A DNA stretch of 64,000 bases from Occultella glacieicola (lineage in GTDB: Bacteria > Actinomycetota > Actinomycetes > Actinomycetales > Beutenbergiaceae), in the NCBI RefSeq assembly GCF_004353825.1, contig NZ_SMNA01000008.1, forward strand, positions 1 to 64,000, given 5' to 3'. This document shows positions 10,305-21,103 of the stretch, one piece after another; within the stretch, counting starts at the first letter, position 1, and each line of letters begins with the position of its first letter. Made by a program: the position numbers and the translations under genes. The notes beneath the pieces are model-generated. The model worked only from the letters and a program-made list of their open reading frames with translations. It was not told where the DNA came from and did no database searches.

Positions 10305-10344
10305 ACCGGCCGGCCCGGGACCCCAGGGTTCCGGGCCGGCCGGT
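10305..10344 (+). terminator. Hairpin terminator after rpsO
   Basis: accggccggcccgggaccc / gggttccgggccggccggt inverted repeat. Confidence 0.75.
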
Positions 10345-10430
10345 TCATGTGCCCGCCGGTGCGCGGGCGCCGCATCACCCACAACCACAACACCCATCAC
10401 TGCAGCAAACCACCCACTCGGGGCTTTCGT

Positions 10431-10484
10431 TGGTCCTCGGTAGTGGCTTCCGGACTCCGGTCCGAGGGCCTCGATCGATGACCG
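10431..10484 (+). ncRNA. Actino-pnp RNA motif (cis-regulatory leader of pnp)
   Basis: ggtcctcggtagtggc...cctcgatcgatgacc stem directly upstream of pnp, matching the known Actino-pnp pattern from memory. Confidence 0.75.
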
Positions 10485-10518
10485 CCGAGCCCCGGACGAA
10501 CACGAAGGAGGGCACCCC

Positions 10519-12756
10519 ATGGAGGGTCCCGAGATCCAGTTCGCCGAGGCCGTCATCGACAATGGCAGTTTCGGCACCCGTACCGTCCGCTTCGAGACGG
10601 GCCGTCTCGCCAAGCAGGCGGCCGGCGCCGCCGTCGCGTACCTCGACGAGGACACGATGCTTCTGTCGACCACCACGGCCGGCAAGTACCCCAAGGACCA
10701 GTTCGACTTCTTCCCGCTGACGGTGGATGTCGAAGAGCGTCAGTACGCCGCGGGGAAGATCCCCGGCTCGTTCTTCCGCCGCGAGGGTCGTCCCTCGACC
10801 GAGGCGATCCTGGCCTGCCGCCTGATCGACCGCCCGCTGCGTCCGCTCTTCGTCAAGGGCCTGCGCAACGAGGTCCAGGTCGTCGAGACGATCCTGGCGA
10901 TCCACCCTGACGACTCCTACGACATCCTCGCGATCAATGCCGCGTCGATGTCCACCCAGCTCTCCGGCCTGCCGTTCTCCGGGCCGGTCGGCGCCGTCCG
11001 GATCGCCCTGATCGACGGGCAGTGGGTCGCGTTCCCGCGGTACAGCGAGACCGAGCGCGCCGTGTTCTCCATGGTCGTCGCCGGCCGTGCGGTCACCGCC
11101 GCCGACGGCACCCCCGACGTCGCGATCGCCATGATCGAGGCCGAGGCCACCGACAACGCCTGGACCCTCATCAAGGAGCAGGGCGTCGGCGCCCCGACCG
11201 AGGAGGTCGTCGCGCAGGGCCTGGAGTCCGCGAAGCCCTTCATCAAGGTGCTCGTCGACGCCCAGGCGGACCTCGCCGCCCGTGCCGCCAAGGAGGTCCA
11301 GGAGTTCCCGCTGTTCCCGGACTACCAGGGTGACGCCTACGCCGCGGTCGAGGCCGAGGTCGGCCAGTCGCTGTCCGACGCCCTCGCCATCGCCGGCAAG
11401 CAGGAGCGCGAGAGCCGGATCGACGAGATCAAGGACGCCATGGTCGGCGCCCTGCAGAACGGCTTCGACGGTCGCGAGAAGGAGCTCTCCGCGGCCTACC
11501 GCGCCGTCACCAAGAAGCTGATCCGGCAGCGCATCCTCACCGACGGTTTCCGGATCGACGGGCGTGGGCTGCGGGACATCCGCACCCTCTCCGCCGAGGT
11601 CGAGGTCCTGCCCCGGGTGCACGGTTCGGCGCTGTTCGAGCGCGGCGAGACCCAGATCCTGGGCGTCACCACGCTGAACATGCTGAAGATGGAGCAGCAG
11701 CTGGACACGCTGTCCCCGCAGACGCGCAAGCGCTACATGCACAACTACAACTTCCCGCCGTACTCGACCGGTGAGACCGGCCGGGTGGGCAGCCCGAAGC
11801 GGCGCGAGATCGGCCACGGCGCCCTCGCCGAGCGTGCGCTCGTGCCGGTGCTGCCGAGCCGCGAGGAGTTCCCCTACGCGATCCGTCAGGTGTCCGAGGC
11901 CCTCGGCTCCAACGGCTCGACGTCGATGGGCTCCGTGTGTGCCTCGACCCTGTCCCTGCTGAACGCCGGGGTGCCGCTGCGCGCGCCCGTCGCCGGCATC
12001 GCGATGGGTCTGGTCTCCGACTCCGTGGACGGTGAGACCCGCTACGCGGCGCTCACCGACATCCTGGGTGCCGAGGACGCGTTCGGCGACATGGACTTCA
12101 AGGTCGCCGGTACCCGCGAGTTCGTCACCGCCATCCAGCTCGACACCAAGCTTGACGGCATCCCCGCCTCGGTGCTCGGTGGTGCGCTCACCCAGGCCCG
12201 CGAGGCCCGGCTGCACATCCTGGACGTCATGGCCGAGGCCATCGACACCCCGGACGAGATGGCCCCGACGGCGCCTCGCGTCATCACCGTCCAGGTCCCG
12301 GTCTCCAAGATCGGTGAGGTCATCGGGCCCAAGGGCAAGATGATCAACCAGATCCAGGAGGACACCGGCGCCGACATCTCCATCGAGGACGACGGCACCG
12401 TGTTCATCGGCGCGACGGACGGCCCCTCGGCCGAGGCCGCGCGTCAGGCGATCAACGCGATCGCCAACCCGCAGATGCCCGAGGTGGGCGAGCGGTTCGT
12501 GGGCACGGTCGTCAAGACGACCTCCTTCGGCGCGTTCGTCTCGCTGTCCCCGGGCAAGGACGGGCTGCTGCACATCTCCCAGGTGCGCCGCCTCGTCGGT
12601 GGCAAGCGGGTGGAGAGCGTCGACGACGTGCTGGCGGTGGGTCAGAAGGTCGAGGTCGAGCTGGCCGAGATCGACCCGCGCGGGAAGCTGTCGCTGCACG
12701 CCGTCGTTGCCGAGGACGACGCAGAGAAGCCGGAGTCCGCTCCTGCGGATGCCTGA
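10519..12756 (+). CDS. pnp: Polyribonucleotide nucleotidyltransferase
   Basis: [25 protein letters not shown] and GDMDFKVAG motifs; KH and S1 domains. Confidence 0.99.
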   Translation: MEGPEIQFAEAVIDNGSFGTRTVRFETGRLAKQAAGAAVAYLDEDTMLLSTTTAGKYPKDQFDFFPLTVDVEERQYAAGKIPGSFFRREGRPSTEAILACRLIDRPLRPLFVKGLRNEVQVVETILAIHPDDSYDILAINAASMSTQLSGLPFSGPVGAVRIALIDGQWVAFPRYSETERAVFSMVVAGRAVTAADGTPDVAIAMIEAEATDNAWTLIKEQGVGAPTEEVVAQGLESAKPFIKVLVDAQADLAARAAKEVQEFPLFPDYQGDAYAAVEAEVGQSLSDALAIAGKQERESRIDEIKDAMVGALQNGFDGREKELSAAYRAVTKKLIRQRILTDGFRIDGRGLRDIRTLSAEVEVLPRVHGSALFERGETQILGVTTLNMLKMEQQLDTLSPQTRKRYMHNYNFPPYSTGETGRVGSPKRREIGHGALAERALVPVLPSREEFPYAIRQVSEALGSNGSTSMGSVCASTLSLLNAGVPLRAPVAGIAMGLVSDSVDGETRYAALTDILGAEDAFGDMDFKVAGTREFVTAIQLDTKLDGIPASVLGGALTQAREARLHILDVMAEAIDTPDEMAPTAPRVITVQVPVSKIGEVIGPKGKMINQIQEDTGADISIEDDGTVFIGATDGPSAEAARQAINAIANPQMPEVGERFVGTVVKTTSFGAFVSLSPGKDGLLHISQVRRLVGGKRVESVDDVLAVGQKVEVELAEIDPRGKLSLHAVVAEDDAEKPESAPADA

Positions 12757-14131
12757 CGTGTCCGAACTGATCCTCGGTCCGGCGCTCTCGCCGGGTACCG
12801 AGGTCACCGTGGAGACCGGAGCCGGCGCCGTGGTGCGCCGCTCCGTGCTCCCCGGTGGGATCCGAGTGCTGACCGAGGCGATGCCCGGTCAGCGCTCGGC
12901 CGCGATCGGTGCCTGGGTGGCCGTCGGGTCTCGTGACGAGACCGACGGCCACCACGGCTCCACGCACTTCCTCGAGCACCTGCTGTTCAAGGGCACTCCC
13001 AGCCGGGACGCGATGGAGATCGCCTCGGCCTTCGACGCCGTCGGGGGTGAGGCGAACGCCGCCACCGGCAAGGAGCACACCTGCTACTACGCGCGGGTGC
13101 TCGACAACGACCTCCCGATGGCCACCGACGTCATCCTCGACATGGTCACCTCCGCGGTCCTCGACCCCGAGGACTTCGACAGCGAGCGGGAGGTCATCCT
13201 CGAGGAGCTCGCGATGAACGAGGACGACCCTGTCGACGTCGCGCACGAGCGCTTCTCGGCGCTCGTCTTCGGGGGTCATCCGCTCGGGCGACCGATCGGG
13301 GGCACGCCGGAGAGCATCCGCGCGGTGCCTCGGGACGCCGTCCACGAGCACTACCGCCGCACGTACACCCCACCCGAACTGGTGGTCACCGCCGCCGGCG
13401 GCGTCGACCACGATCAGCTCTGCGAGGCCGTGACCCGCGCCGTCACCGCCGGTGGCTGGGTGCTGGACCCGGCCGTCGCGCCCGCCGCGCGCCGGAGCCC
13501 GAACTCGGATGCCCTGGCGCTGCTGCCCACCGTCGGCTCGGCCGCGACCGTGCGACGCAGCACCGAGCAGGCGAACATCATCCTCGGTGGACTCGGCCCT
13601 GTCGCCGGGGACGATCGCAGGTTCGTGCTGTCGGTGTTGAACGCGGTCCTCGGCGGGTCGATGAGCTCGCGGCTGTTCCAGGAGATCCGCGAGAAGCGCG
13701 GCCTCGCCTACTCGGTCTACTCGTTCGCCTCCGGCTACGCCGAGACCGGCACGTTCGGGCTCTACGCCGGCTGCGCGCCCGGCAAGGTGGCGCAGGTGGT
13801 CGAACTCCTCGACGCCGAGTGGGCGCGACTGGCGACCACCCTGATGGACGACGACGAGCTCGCACGGGGCATCGGTCAGATGTCCGGCGGGCTCGTGCTC
13901 GGCCTCGAGGACTCCGGTTCGCGCATGTCCCGTCTCGGCCGGGCCGAGATCACCATGGGCGAGTTCGTCGGCCTCGACGAGACCCTCGCCCGGATCCGGT
14001 CCGTCACCGCCCAGCAGATCCGGGACCTGGCCGCCGAGCTCCACGCGGCGGCGCGCCACCTGGTGGTCGTCGGCCCGTTCGAGCACGACGTCGCGGCGAC
14101 CGCGTTCGCGGCCCTGCCCACGTCGGCCTGA
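12749..14131 (+). CDS. M16-family zinc peptidase (PepR-like)
   Basis: HFLEH inverted zinc motif; [18 protein letters not shown]; syntenic between pnp and dapB. Start is 12749 or 12758. Confidence 0.93.
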   Translation: MPDVSELILGPALSPGTEVTVETGAGAVVRRSVLPGGIRVLTEAMPGQRSAAIGAWVAVGSRDETDGHHGSTHFLEHLLFKGTPSRDAMEIASAFDAVGGEANAATGKEHTCYYARVLDNDLPMATDVILDMVTSAVLDPEDFDSEREVILEELAMNEDDPVDVAHERFSALVFGGHPLGRPIGGTPESIRAVPRDAVHEHYRRTYTPPELVVTAAGGVDHDQLCEAVTRAVTAGGWVLDPAVAPAARRSPNSDALALLPTVGSAATVRRSTEQANIILGGLGPVAGDDRRFVLSVLNAVLGGSMSSRLFQEIREKRGLAYSVYSFASGYAETGTFGLYAGCAPGKVAQVVELLDAEWARLATTLMDDDELARGIGQMSGGLVLGLEDSGSRMSRLGRAEITMGEFVGLDETLARIRSVTAQQIRDLAAELHAAARHLVVVGPFEHDVAATAFAALPTSA

Positions 14132-14163
14132 GACGAGCCGGCCGCGGTGCGCGGCTAGCATGA

Positions 14164-14217
14164 CGACCATGTCGACCATTCCGACCATGCCGAACAGGCC
14201 GAACAGGCCGAACACCG
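14164..14217 (+). repeat. Six imperfect 9-bp tandem repeats in the dapB 5' end
   Basis: cgaccatgt-cgaccattc-cgaccatgc-cgaacaggc-cgaacaggc-cgaacaccg. Confidence 0.8.
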
Positions 14218-14975
14218 GTGCTGCGCCCCTGATGATCGCCGTCCTCGGAGCCGCCGGGCGGATGGGCTCGACGGTCTGTGACGCCGTCCAGGGCGCTCCG
14301 GACCTGGCACTCGGTCCCCGGCTGGACGTCGGCGACGACGTGGCGGCTCTCGCCGGTCGCGGGGTGTCGGTCGCCGTGGACTTCACCGTGCCGTCCGCCA
14401 CCGAGGCGAACGTGCATGCACTCATCGACGCCGGGATCCACGCCGTGGTCGGGACCACCGGTTGGACCGAGGACTCGCTGGCGCGCGTGCGGACCCACCT
14501 CGCCGAGGACGGTCGCGGGCTCGGAGTGCTCGTCGCCCCGAACTTCGCGCTCTCCGCGGTGCTCGCGATGCGGTTCGCCGCTCAGGCGGCCCGCTACTTC
14601 GAGTCGGCCGAGGTGATCGAGCTGCACCACCCGAACAAGGTCGATGCGCCGTCGGGCACGGCCATGCACACCGCCCGTGCGATCGCTGCCGTCCGTACGC
14701 AGGCGGGCCTTGGCACCGGCCCCGACGCCACCGAGAGCACACTCGACGGCGCACGCGGCGCCGTCGTCGACGGCGTCCACGTGCACGCGGTGCGGTTGCG
14801 CGGCCTCGTCGCACACGAGGAGATCCTGTTCGGGAACCCGGGCGAGCAGCTCACCATCCGTACGGACAGTTTCGAGCGTTCCTCCTTCATGCCGGGTGTG
14901 CTGCTCGCGACGCGCACCGTCGCCGAGCGCCCCGGGCTGACGGTCGGGTTGGACGGGTACCTGGACCTGGGCTGA
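14169..14975 (+). CDS. dapB: 4-hydroxy-tetrahydrodipicolinate reductase
   Basis: GAAGRMG, VVGTTG and ELHHPNKVDAPSGTA motifs. Start uncertain; TAGCAT -10 lies 7 nt before ATG 14169. Confidence 0.96.
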   Translation: MSTIPTMPNRPNRPNTGAAPLMIAVLGAAGRMGSTVCDAVQGAPDLALGPRLDVGDDVAALAGRGVSVAVDFTVPSATEANVHALIDAGIHAVVGTTGWTEDSLARVRTHLAEDGRGLGVLVAPNFALSAVLAMRFAAQAARYFESAEVIELHHPNKVDAPSGTAMHTARAIAAVRTQAGLGTGPDATESTLDGARGAVVDGVHVHAVRLRGLVAHEEILFGNPGEQLTIRTDSFERSSFMPGVLLATRTVAERPGLTVGLDGYLDLG

Positions 14976-15082
14976 TCCGCCCCCCATCTGAGCCGGGCCG
15001 GATCGACGGAACCGCATCAGAACGGCCGGATCCCCCTGGGGGTCGGACCTGTGCGGCGCTGCCGGGCTCGGCCCTGTTCGGT

Positions 15083-15104
15083 TGTCGGCGGCCGGGGTTA
15101 GCAT
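15083..15104 (+). promoter_or_regulatory. PafBC-type (RecA-NDp) promoter motif
   Basis: TGTCGG-cggccggggt-TAGCAT, 7 nt before ATG 15112. Confidence 0.75.
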
Positions 15105-15111
15105 TTCGGTC

Positions 15112-16095
15112 ATGTCAACGACACGATCTGTCGATGCCGAGTTCGCGGAGATCATCGCCCCGTACGAGCGGGAGATCTTCGCCCATTGCTACCGGATGAT
15201 GGGTTCGGTCCATGATGCCGAGGACCTCGCCCAGGAGACCATGCTCCGGGCGTGGCGCGGGTACGCCCGGTTCGCGGGTGCCTCCTCCGTGCGGACCTGG
15301 ATCCACAAGATCGCGACGAACACCTGCCTGACCGCGCTCGAGTCGCGGCAGCGTCGGCCGTTGCCGACCGGACTCGGCGCCCCGAGCACCGCCCCGGACG
15401 CACCGCTGGTCGAGCAGGACATCCTCTGGCTCGAGCCCGCCCCGGACGGGGCGCTCGGCCACGACGACCCCGGCGACGTGGTCGAGTCGCGAGAGTCGGT
15501 GCGGCTGGCCTTCGTGGCGGCGTTGCAGCTCCTGCCGCCGCGCCAGCGTGCCGTGCTCATCCTGCGGGACGTGCTGGCCTGGCGGGCCGCCGAGGTGGCC
15601 GAGGCGACCGGTCAGAGCGTCGCCAGTGTGAACAGCCTGCTGCAGCGGGCCCGGGAGAAGGTGGCGAAGGCCGCCCCGACCCGCGAGGACGTGCTCGAGC
15701 CCGACTCCGCTGCCGAGCGTGAGTTGCTGGCGCGCTACGTCGACGGGTTCGAGCGGTACGACATCGCGGGCCTGGTGGAGCTGTTCACGGCGGACGCGGT
15801 CTGGGAGATGCCGCCGTTCGAGGGCTGGTACACCGGCCCGGAGAACATCGGGGAACTCATCGCCACCCGGTGCCCGGCCACCGGGCCGGGGGACATGCTG
15901 CTGGTGCCCACCCGCGCCAACGGTCAGCCCGCCTATGGGCTCTACATGCGCGGCGAGGACGGCCGCCACCATCCGTTCCACCTGCATGTCGTCGAATGCT
16001 CCGGCGGGGGAGTGCGGCACGTCGCGGCGTTCTTCGACACGTCGCTGTTCGAGACGTTCGGACTCCCGGCGGTCGTGGACGCCGCGATCGTCTGA
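15112..16095 (+). CDS. ECF sigma factor with C-terminal SnoaL-like domain (SigG-like)
   Basis: HCYRMMGSVHDAEDLAQETMLRAW; region 4 LPPRQRAVLILRDV; C-terminal DAVWEMPP...ANGQPA. Confidence 0.92.
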   Translation: MSTTRSVDAEFAEIIAPYEREIFAHCYRMMGSVHDAEDLAQETMLRAWRGYARFAGASSVRTWIHKIATNTCLTALESRQRRPLPTGLGAPSTAPDAPLVEQDILWLEPAPDGALGHDDPGDVVESRESVRLAFVAALQLLPPRQRAVLILRDVLAWRAAEVAEATGQSVASVNSLLQRAREKVAKAAPTREDVLEPDSAAERELLARYVDGFERYDIAGLVELFTADAVWEMPPFEGWYTGPENIGELIATRCPATGPGDMLLVPTRANGQPAYGLYMRGEDGRHHPFHLHVVECSGGGVRHVAAFFDTSLFETFGLPAVVDAAIV

Positions 16096-16129
16096 CGGGG
16101 CTTGCGCCGCAGGCCGATGCCCGACGGCG

Positions 16130-16471
16130 TCAGCTCGCCACCGTGAAGTCCGTTGCCGCGGTGAGGCCGCGGGCCGGGGTCCGACCGGCCGACGCCGTCT
16201 GCGCATGGTGCGGATCGGCGGCGACCGGCTCGATCCCGGACTCGGCCCGCCGGTTGTCCCGATCGCGCCGCTGCCGGTCCGAGCGCTCCAGCACGATGCC
16301 GAGCCCGATGCCGAGCAGGGTGCCGGCCGCGACCCCGATCGCGATGTCCACGACGATGTTGCCGAGAGCCACACCCACGGCCATGCCGAGCCCGATGCCG
16401 GTGCTCAGCCAGGAGCCGCGTGGCGAGGACACGGTGGGCTTGCGAGTGCCGGGAGTACTGGTCTGCAGCAT
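16130..16471 (-). CDS. Small membrane protein with glycine-zipper-like helices
   Basis: GIGLGMAVGVALG...GVAAGTLLGIGLG; TAGGCT -10 shortly before ATG. Confidence 0.6.
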   Translation of the reverse strand: MLQTSTPGTRKPTVSSPRGSWLSTGIGLGMAVGVALGNIVVDIAIGVAAGTLLGIGLGIVLERSDRQRRDRDNRRAESGIEPVAADPHHAQTASAGRTPARGLTAATDFTVAS

Positions 16472-16621
16472 GGCTCCAGCCTAGGAATCAGGACGTTCCG
16501 GCGCGTCCGCCGACCGGACGATCCTGGTCTCCCCCCAAGGGTGGACGGCGCTCGACCGGCTGGCGGTCGGACGGTCCTGGCGACCTACCGGCCTCATCCC
16601 GACGGATGAGGGCGGCCCGGC

Positions 16622-17248
16622 TCAGTGCTGGGACTCGAGCGCCCGACCTTCGCCCGGGGCGTCGCTCGGCGTGCTGGACGCGGCAGCGAACCGAGCGTTC
16701 GCGGCCCGCTGGTGGGAGGTGAGGGACATCCGGTCGATCCACGCCAGTGCGAGCGCCGAGAGGATGAACGCGATGTGGATGACCGTCTGCCAGAGCATGA
16801 CCTCGGGCTTGGTGGTGTTGCTCTCGATGAACGTGCGGAGCAGGTGGATCGAGGAGATCCCGATGATCGACATCGCGAGCTTCGTCTTCAGCACGTTCGC
16901 GTTCACGTGGGAGAGCCACTCCGGTTGGTCCGGGTGGTTGTCGATCCGGATCCGGGAGACGAACGTCTCGTACCCGCCGATGATCACCATGATCAGCAGG
17001 TTCGAGATCATGACCACGTCCACGAGGCCGAGCACGATGAGCATGGTGTCCGCCTCCTCCATCGGGTGGCCGGAGAAGACCTCGGTGATCAGGTGCCAGA
17101 GCTCCTGCATGAACATCCACACGTACGCCGCCTGCGCGACGATCAGGCCCAGGTACAGGGGTGCCTGGAGCCATCGGGACAGGAAGATGAAGTAGCCGAG
17201 TGAGGAGGCTGCGGGGTGGTTGTCGTTGCGGTCGGCTCGTTTGAGCAT
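16622..17248 (-). CDS. UPF0114/TIGR00645 (YqhA-like) membrane protein
   Basis: SRWLQAPLYLGL, LGLVDVVMISNLLIMVIIGGYETFVSR and SSIHLL motifs. Confidence 0.9.
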   Translation of the reverse strand: MLKRADRNDNHPAASSLGYFIFLSRWLQAPLYLGLIVAQAAYVWMFMQELWHLITEVFSGHPMEEADTMLIVLGLVDVVMISNLLIMVIIGGYETFVSRIRIDNHPDQPEWLSHVNANVLKTKLAMSIIGISSIHLLRTFIESNTTKPEVMLWQTVIHIAFILSALALAWIDRMSLTSHQRAANARFAAASSTPSDAPGEGRALESQH

Positions 17249-17418
17249 GACGCGGTCCTCTCGGTCCGTCGGTGGGGATTGCGCCCCACTGACGGCGGGG
17301 CGGCGTTGATGCTAGCAGTCGGGCGTGACCACTTCGTGATCTCCAACGCGACCGTGGGCGCAGCGGTTCCCGGATGTGAGGAAGGTCGCGCGCGTCGCGG
17401 CGCGGGCCCCGGTGGCAT

Positions 17419-20400
17419 TCAGCCGGCGAGGTGGCTCCACCTCGGGGCGAGCCGGTCCCACGGCCCGACGTCGGCCACGGTGCCGTCGACCAGCACCACC
17501 ACCCGGTCCGCCCGGGCGAGCGCGGCCCGCTTGGACGTGGCGCCGACCACGGTGGTGCCCCGCTCCCGCAGCGCCGCCCAGAGCTCGATCTCGGTCGAGG
17601 CGTCCAGGGCGCTCGAGACGTCGTCGGCGAGCAGGAGTTCGGTGTCCGCGGCGAGGGCACGCGCGAGCGCGAGGCGCTGCACCTGACCACCGGACAGCCG
17701 CACGCCACGGTGTCCGACGAGGGCGTGGGGTCCGCCGGCCTCCTCCACGTCGTGGGTGAGGCGCGCGCCCCTGATCGGGCCGTCGAGGTCGCGGGCGTGG
17801 TCGAGTCGGACGTTGTCGGAGAAGGTGCCGGACAAGACCCGTGGCACCTGGGCCACGTGCGCGACCTGAGCCGGCCGCAGGAACGCCTGCGCGTCGCTCA
17901 CCGCGACCCCGTTCCAGCGGACATCACCGGTGTGCTCCACCAGGCCGGCGAGCGAGGAGAGCAGCGACGACTTGCCCGAGCCGACCTGCCCGAGCAGCAG
18001 GATGAGCTCGCCGCGCCGGACCTCGAGGTCGACGTCGCACACGCCGATCGTGCCGTCGTCGTGCACGGCGCTCAGGTGACGCAGCTCGAGGCGCTCGAGC
18101 GGCTCGTGCGCGGGTGCGGTGGGCGCGGGGGCGACGCCGGTGACCAGGTCGACCCCGGGCCGGGCTGCGACCAGGTCGGCACCGTCGGCGAACCGGGCGG
18201 TGGCGACCTGCCAGGCCCGGGTGCCGGGCGCCTCGGTGACCACGGCGCCGGCGACGACCCCGAACCAGGCGAACCCCATCACGGCGTTGGCGACGAGCAG
18301 GGTGGTGGCCAGGTCCCATCGGCCGGTGAGCAGGAACCCCCACGCGACGACGACGCCCACGTACAGGGTGACCATCGGAACCGAGTCCAGCACGGCCTGG
18401 ACACGGTGCTCGAAGATCGCCGCGCGGACCCGGCCGGAGTCGACCTCGCCGAGGTGCCGGCGTACGTCAGGGGTGCGGGCCGCGAGCTTCACCGTGCGGG
18501 CCGAGTCCAGCGCGGAGACGAGGGCACGGCCGAAGCGGGCCCGGGCCGCGGACGACGCGGTCGCCGAGCGGCCCGCGATCGGCCGGCCGATCGCCGAGGC
18601 CGCGGCGGAGACCACCATGACGGCGAGGAGCACGGCGCCCGCGGTCCAGGTCCCGCTGATCAGGGCGGTGACCGCCACGATCAGGAGGCCGTTGATGAAG
18701 TCGACCCAGCGGTCCGCGTACCGAGCGAACCGATCCGCGTCCATCGCCCGGGCCACGACCTCGCCCGGCGGCGTGGCGGGCAGCCGGTGCTGCCGGGTCT
18801 GCCCGTACATGACGGTCATCCGGATCCGCAGCAGGACCTCGACCCACCACCGCGGGTACAGGCCGATGGCTCGGGACAGGATCAGTGGCTGCGCGAGCAG
18901 CAGCAGAGCGAGCGCGACGACGAGCACCACGGGAACTGTGCCCGTCTGGACCTGCTGGACCGTGCGGCCCCAGAGGTACCCGCTGACCGCACCCTGGGCG
19001 GCCACGAGGCTCGCCAGCAGGAACAGGAAGGCGGCGAAGATCCCCCACCGCGGCCGCACCAGCAGGCCGTTGAAGATCCCACGGGCCAGGCTCGGACCCG
19101 TGCCCGGCTCGGGCACGTCCGGCGGGGTGCCGGTCCGACGGCGCCCGCCCACCGACTCCGCGGCGTTCAGCGCGCCGGCCGCACCATCGGAACCCGCCGA
19201 CGTCGTCTGGTCGGGCACGCTGCGCTGGAGCGTGTCGCCTGCCCGCGCACCGGCGTCGATCTGGCGATCGGAGACACCGTCCTTCTCGTAGTCCTCGTCG
19301 TCCAGCGAGCCGTCGCTCGCGCCCGCCTCCACCAGCGTGCGGAACGGGCCGGGCGTCCGGGCCAGCTCGGCTCGCGGGCCCTGCTGCACCACACGGCCGT
19401 GATCGAGCACGGCGACCAGTCCGGCTCGCTCGATGGTGCCGAGGCGGTGCGCGACCAGGACGCCGGTGCGCCCGCTGAGCAGCCGGTCCGATGCCGCCAC
19501 CACGCGGGCCTCGGTGAGCGGGTCCATCCGGGCGGTCGCCTCGTCGAGGACGACCAGCTGCACGTCCCGGACGAGCAGGCGCGCGAAGGCGACCAGCTGC
19601 TCCTCACCGGCGGACAGCGTGGTGCCACCCGGGCCGAGGAGGGTGTCCAGGCCGTCGGGCATCCCGGACGCCCACTCGGTCAGCCCGAGCTCACGGACCG
19701 CGGCCTCGATGTCGGCCCGCGGGACGTCGGCGAACAGCGCGATGTTCTCGGCGAGCGTCCCGGCCAGGATCTCCGTGCGCTGGGTGACCACGCCGACGGC
19801 GCGACGCAGCTTCTGCAGGTCGAGGTCGCGGACGTCGGCACCACCGAGGAACACCATGCCGCGCTCCGGCTCCACGGCCCTCGACAGCAGCGCGGCCAGC
19901 GTCGACTTTCCGGAGCCGGTCCGGCCCACGAGCGCGATCGTCTCGCCCGCCGGGACCCGCAGGTCGACACCGCTGAGCGCGAAGGTGCCCTCGGCGTAGG
20001 AGAACTCCAGGTCACGCAGTTCCAGGTCGAGTGACCCGGCCGGGACGTCGTCCCCGCCCTCGGGCTCGGGCTCCAGGGCGAGCATCTGCCGCAACCGCAG
20101 CACCGCGCCGAGCCCTTCCTGGATGTCGGGCAGGTGGTGGACCAGGTTGTCGATCTGTCCGATGAACATCGCGGTGACCAGGAACAACGTCACGAGCTGC
20201 TGCACGGACAGGCCGCCGTCGGCGGCGATCACCGCGCTGACCACGGCGATCGCGGCGAGCAGCGAGTAGGTCAGCAGCCCGGCCCGCCGGATCAGCCGCT
20301 CCTCGACCCGCACCACCTTGTGGAACTTGTCGTGGACGAGCGCCGAGAGCTGGGCCAGGCGCCGCACCGCGAACGCCTGCCCGAGGCTCGTGCGCAGGTC

Positions 20401-21063
20401 GTTGCGGGCGGCGACGGCCTCCTCGAAGGCCGCGGCGTGATCGGTCCAGGCCATCTCCTCGATCACCTTGCGGCGAGCGATCTCGCCCAGCATCTTCCGG
20501 GTCACGAACCAGACGAGGCCGGCGAGCAGCGGGAACAGGAACCAGGACGGCCACCACGTCAGGCCGGCGACGATCCACATGGGCACGGTGCCGGCGACGG
20601 TGCGGCCCGCGCCCCAGAGCTGGCGGCGCACCAGGGTCCCGACGGCGTGGGTGTCGTCATCGACCCGGTCGAGCACCTCGCCCACGGCCTGCTCGGAGAG
20701 CGCCGCGAGCGGCTGACGAAGGGCCGCGCTGAGCAGGTCGCTGCGGAGCTTCCCTTCGGCCCGGTCGACCACGCCGGCCCAGATCACCTGACCGACGCCG
20801 TCGAGCAGCGCGCCGCCCACCACGCACGCCGCGAGCAGCGCGAGCCCGGCAATCGTGGCGTTCTCGGCCAGCCGGCCGGCCGCAGCCGTGCCGAGCACCT
20901 GGCCGAGGGCGCCGATCGTGAGCGCGACCAGGGCGATCGCGGCGGCGGGCCGCCGCAGGCGCCGCCAGTCGAGCCGGCGAGCCGGGTCGGTCGGGACCGG
21001 CGCAGGCAACGGCGACGCCTCGGGAACGGGCGTGGTCTCGGGGGTGCGTGGTGCGTCGATCAT
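17419..21063 (-). CDS. Fused (TMD-NBD)x2 ABC exporter
   Basis: Two Walker A motifs (GRTGSGKS, GQVGSGKS); signatures LSAGE and LSGGQ; two TM blocks. Confidence 0.92.
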   Translation of the reverse strand: MIDAPRTPETTPVPEASPLPAPVPTDPARRLDWRRLRRPAAAIALVALTIGALGQVLGTAAAGRLAENATIAGLALLAACVVGGALLDGVGQVIWAGVVDRAEGKLRSDLLSAALRQPLAALSEQAVGEVLDRVDDDTHAVGTLVRRQLWGAGRTVAGTVPMWIVAGLTWWPSWFLFPLLAGLVWFVTRKMLGEIARRKVIEEMAWTDHAAAFEEAVAARNDLRTSLGQAFAVRRLAQLSALVHDKFHKVVRVEERLIRRAGLLTYSLLAAIAVVSAVIAADGGLSVQQLVTLFLVTAMFIGQIDNLVHHLPDIQEGLGAVLRLRQMLALEPEPEGGDDVPAGSLDLELRDLEFSYAEGTFALSGVDLRVPAGETIALVGRTGSGKSTLAALLSRAVEPERGMVFLGGADVRDLDLQKLRRAVGVVTQRTEILAGTLAENIALFADVPRADIEAAVRELGLTEWASGMPDGLDTLLGPGGTTLSAGEEQLVAFARLLVRDVQLVVLDEATARMDPLTEARVVAASDRLLSGRTGVLVAHRLGTIERAGLVAVLDHGRVVQQGPRAELARTPGPFRTLVEAGASDGSLDDEDYEKDGVSDRQIDAGARAGDTLQRSVPDQTTSAGSDGAAGALNAAESVGGRRRTGTPPDVPEPGTGPSLARGIFNGLLVRPRWGIFAAFLFLLASLVAAQGAVSGYLWGRTVQQVQTGTVPVVLVVALALLLLAQPLILSRAIGLYPRWWVEVLLRIRMTVMYGQTRQHRLPATPPGEVVARAMDADRFARYADRWVDFINGLLIVAVTALISGTWTAGAVLLAVMVVSAAASAIGRPIAGRSATASSAARARFGRALVSALDSARTVKLAARTPDVRRHLGEVDSGRVRAAIFEHRVQAVLDSVPMVTLYVGVVVAWGFLLTGRWDLATTLLVANAVMGFAWFGVVAGAVVTEAPGTRAWQVATARFADGADLVAARPGVDLVTGVAPAPTAPAHEPLERLELRHLSAVHDDGTIGVCDVDLEVRRGELILLLGQVGSGKSSLLSSLAGLVEHTGDVRWNGVAVSDAQAFLRPAQVAHVAQVPRVLSGTFSDNVRLDHARDLDGPIRGARLTHDVEEAGGPHALVGHRGVRLSGGQVQRLALARALAADTELLLADDVSSALDASTEIELWAALRERGTTVVGATSKRAALARADRVVVLVDGTVADVGPWDRLAPRWSHLAG

Positions 21064-21071
21064 CGCCCCCG

Positions 21072-21093
21072 AGGTTACGTCCAGCCACCGACA
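21072..21093 (-). promoter_or_regulatory. PafBC-type (RecA-NDp) promoter motif
   Basis: Minus strand TGTCGG-tggctggacg-TAACCT, 8 nt before ATG 21063. Confidence 0.7.
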
Positions 21094-21103
21094 TGTCCCG
21101 CCT

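Noticed and set aside
10375..12807. Long antisense or alternate-frame ORFs (also 17431-20034, 27727-30684, 45456-47528, 52130-54541)
   Set aside because: Shadow ORFs produced by high-GC codon bias; they overlap well-supported genes and lack motifs.
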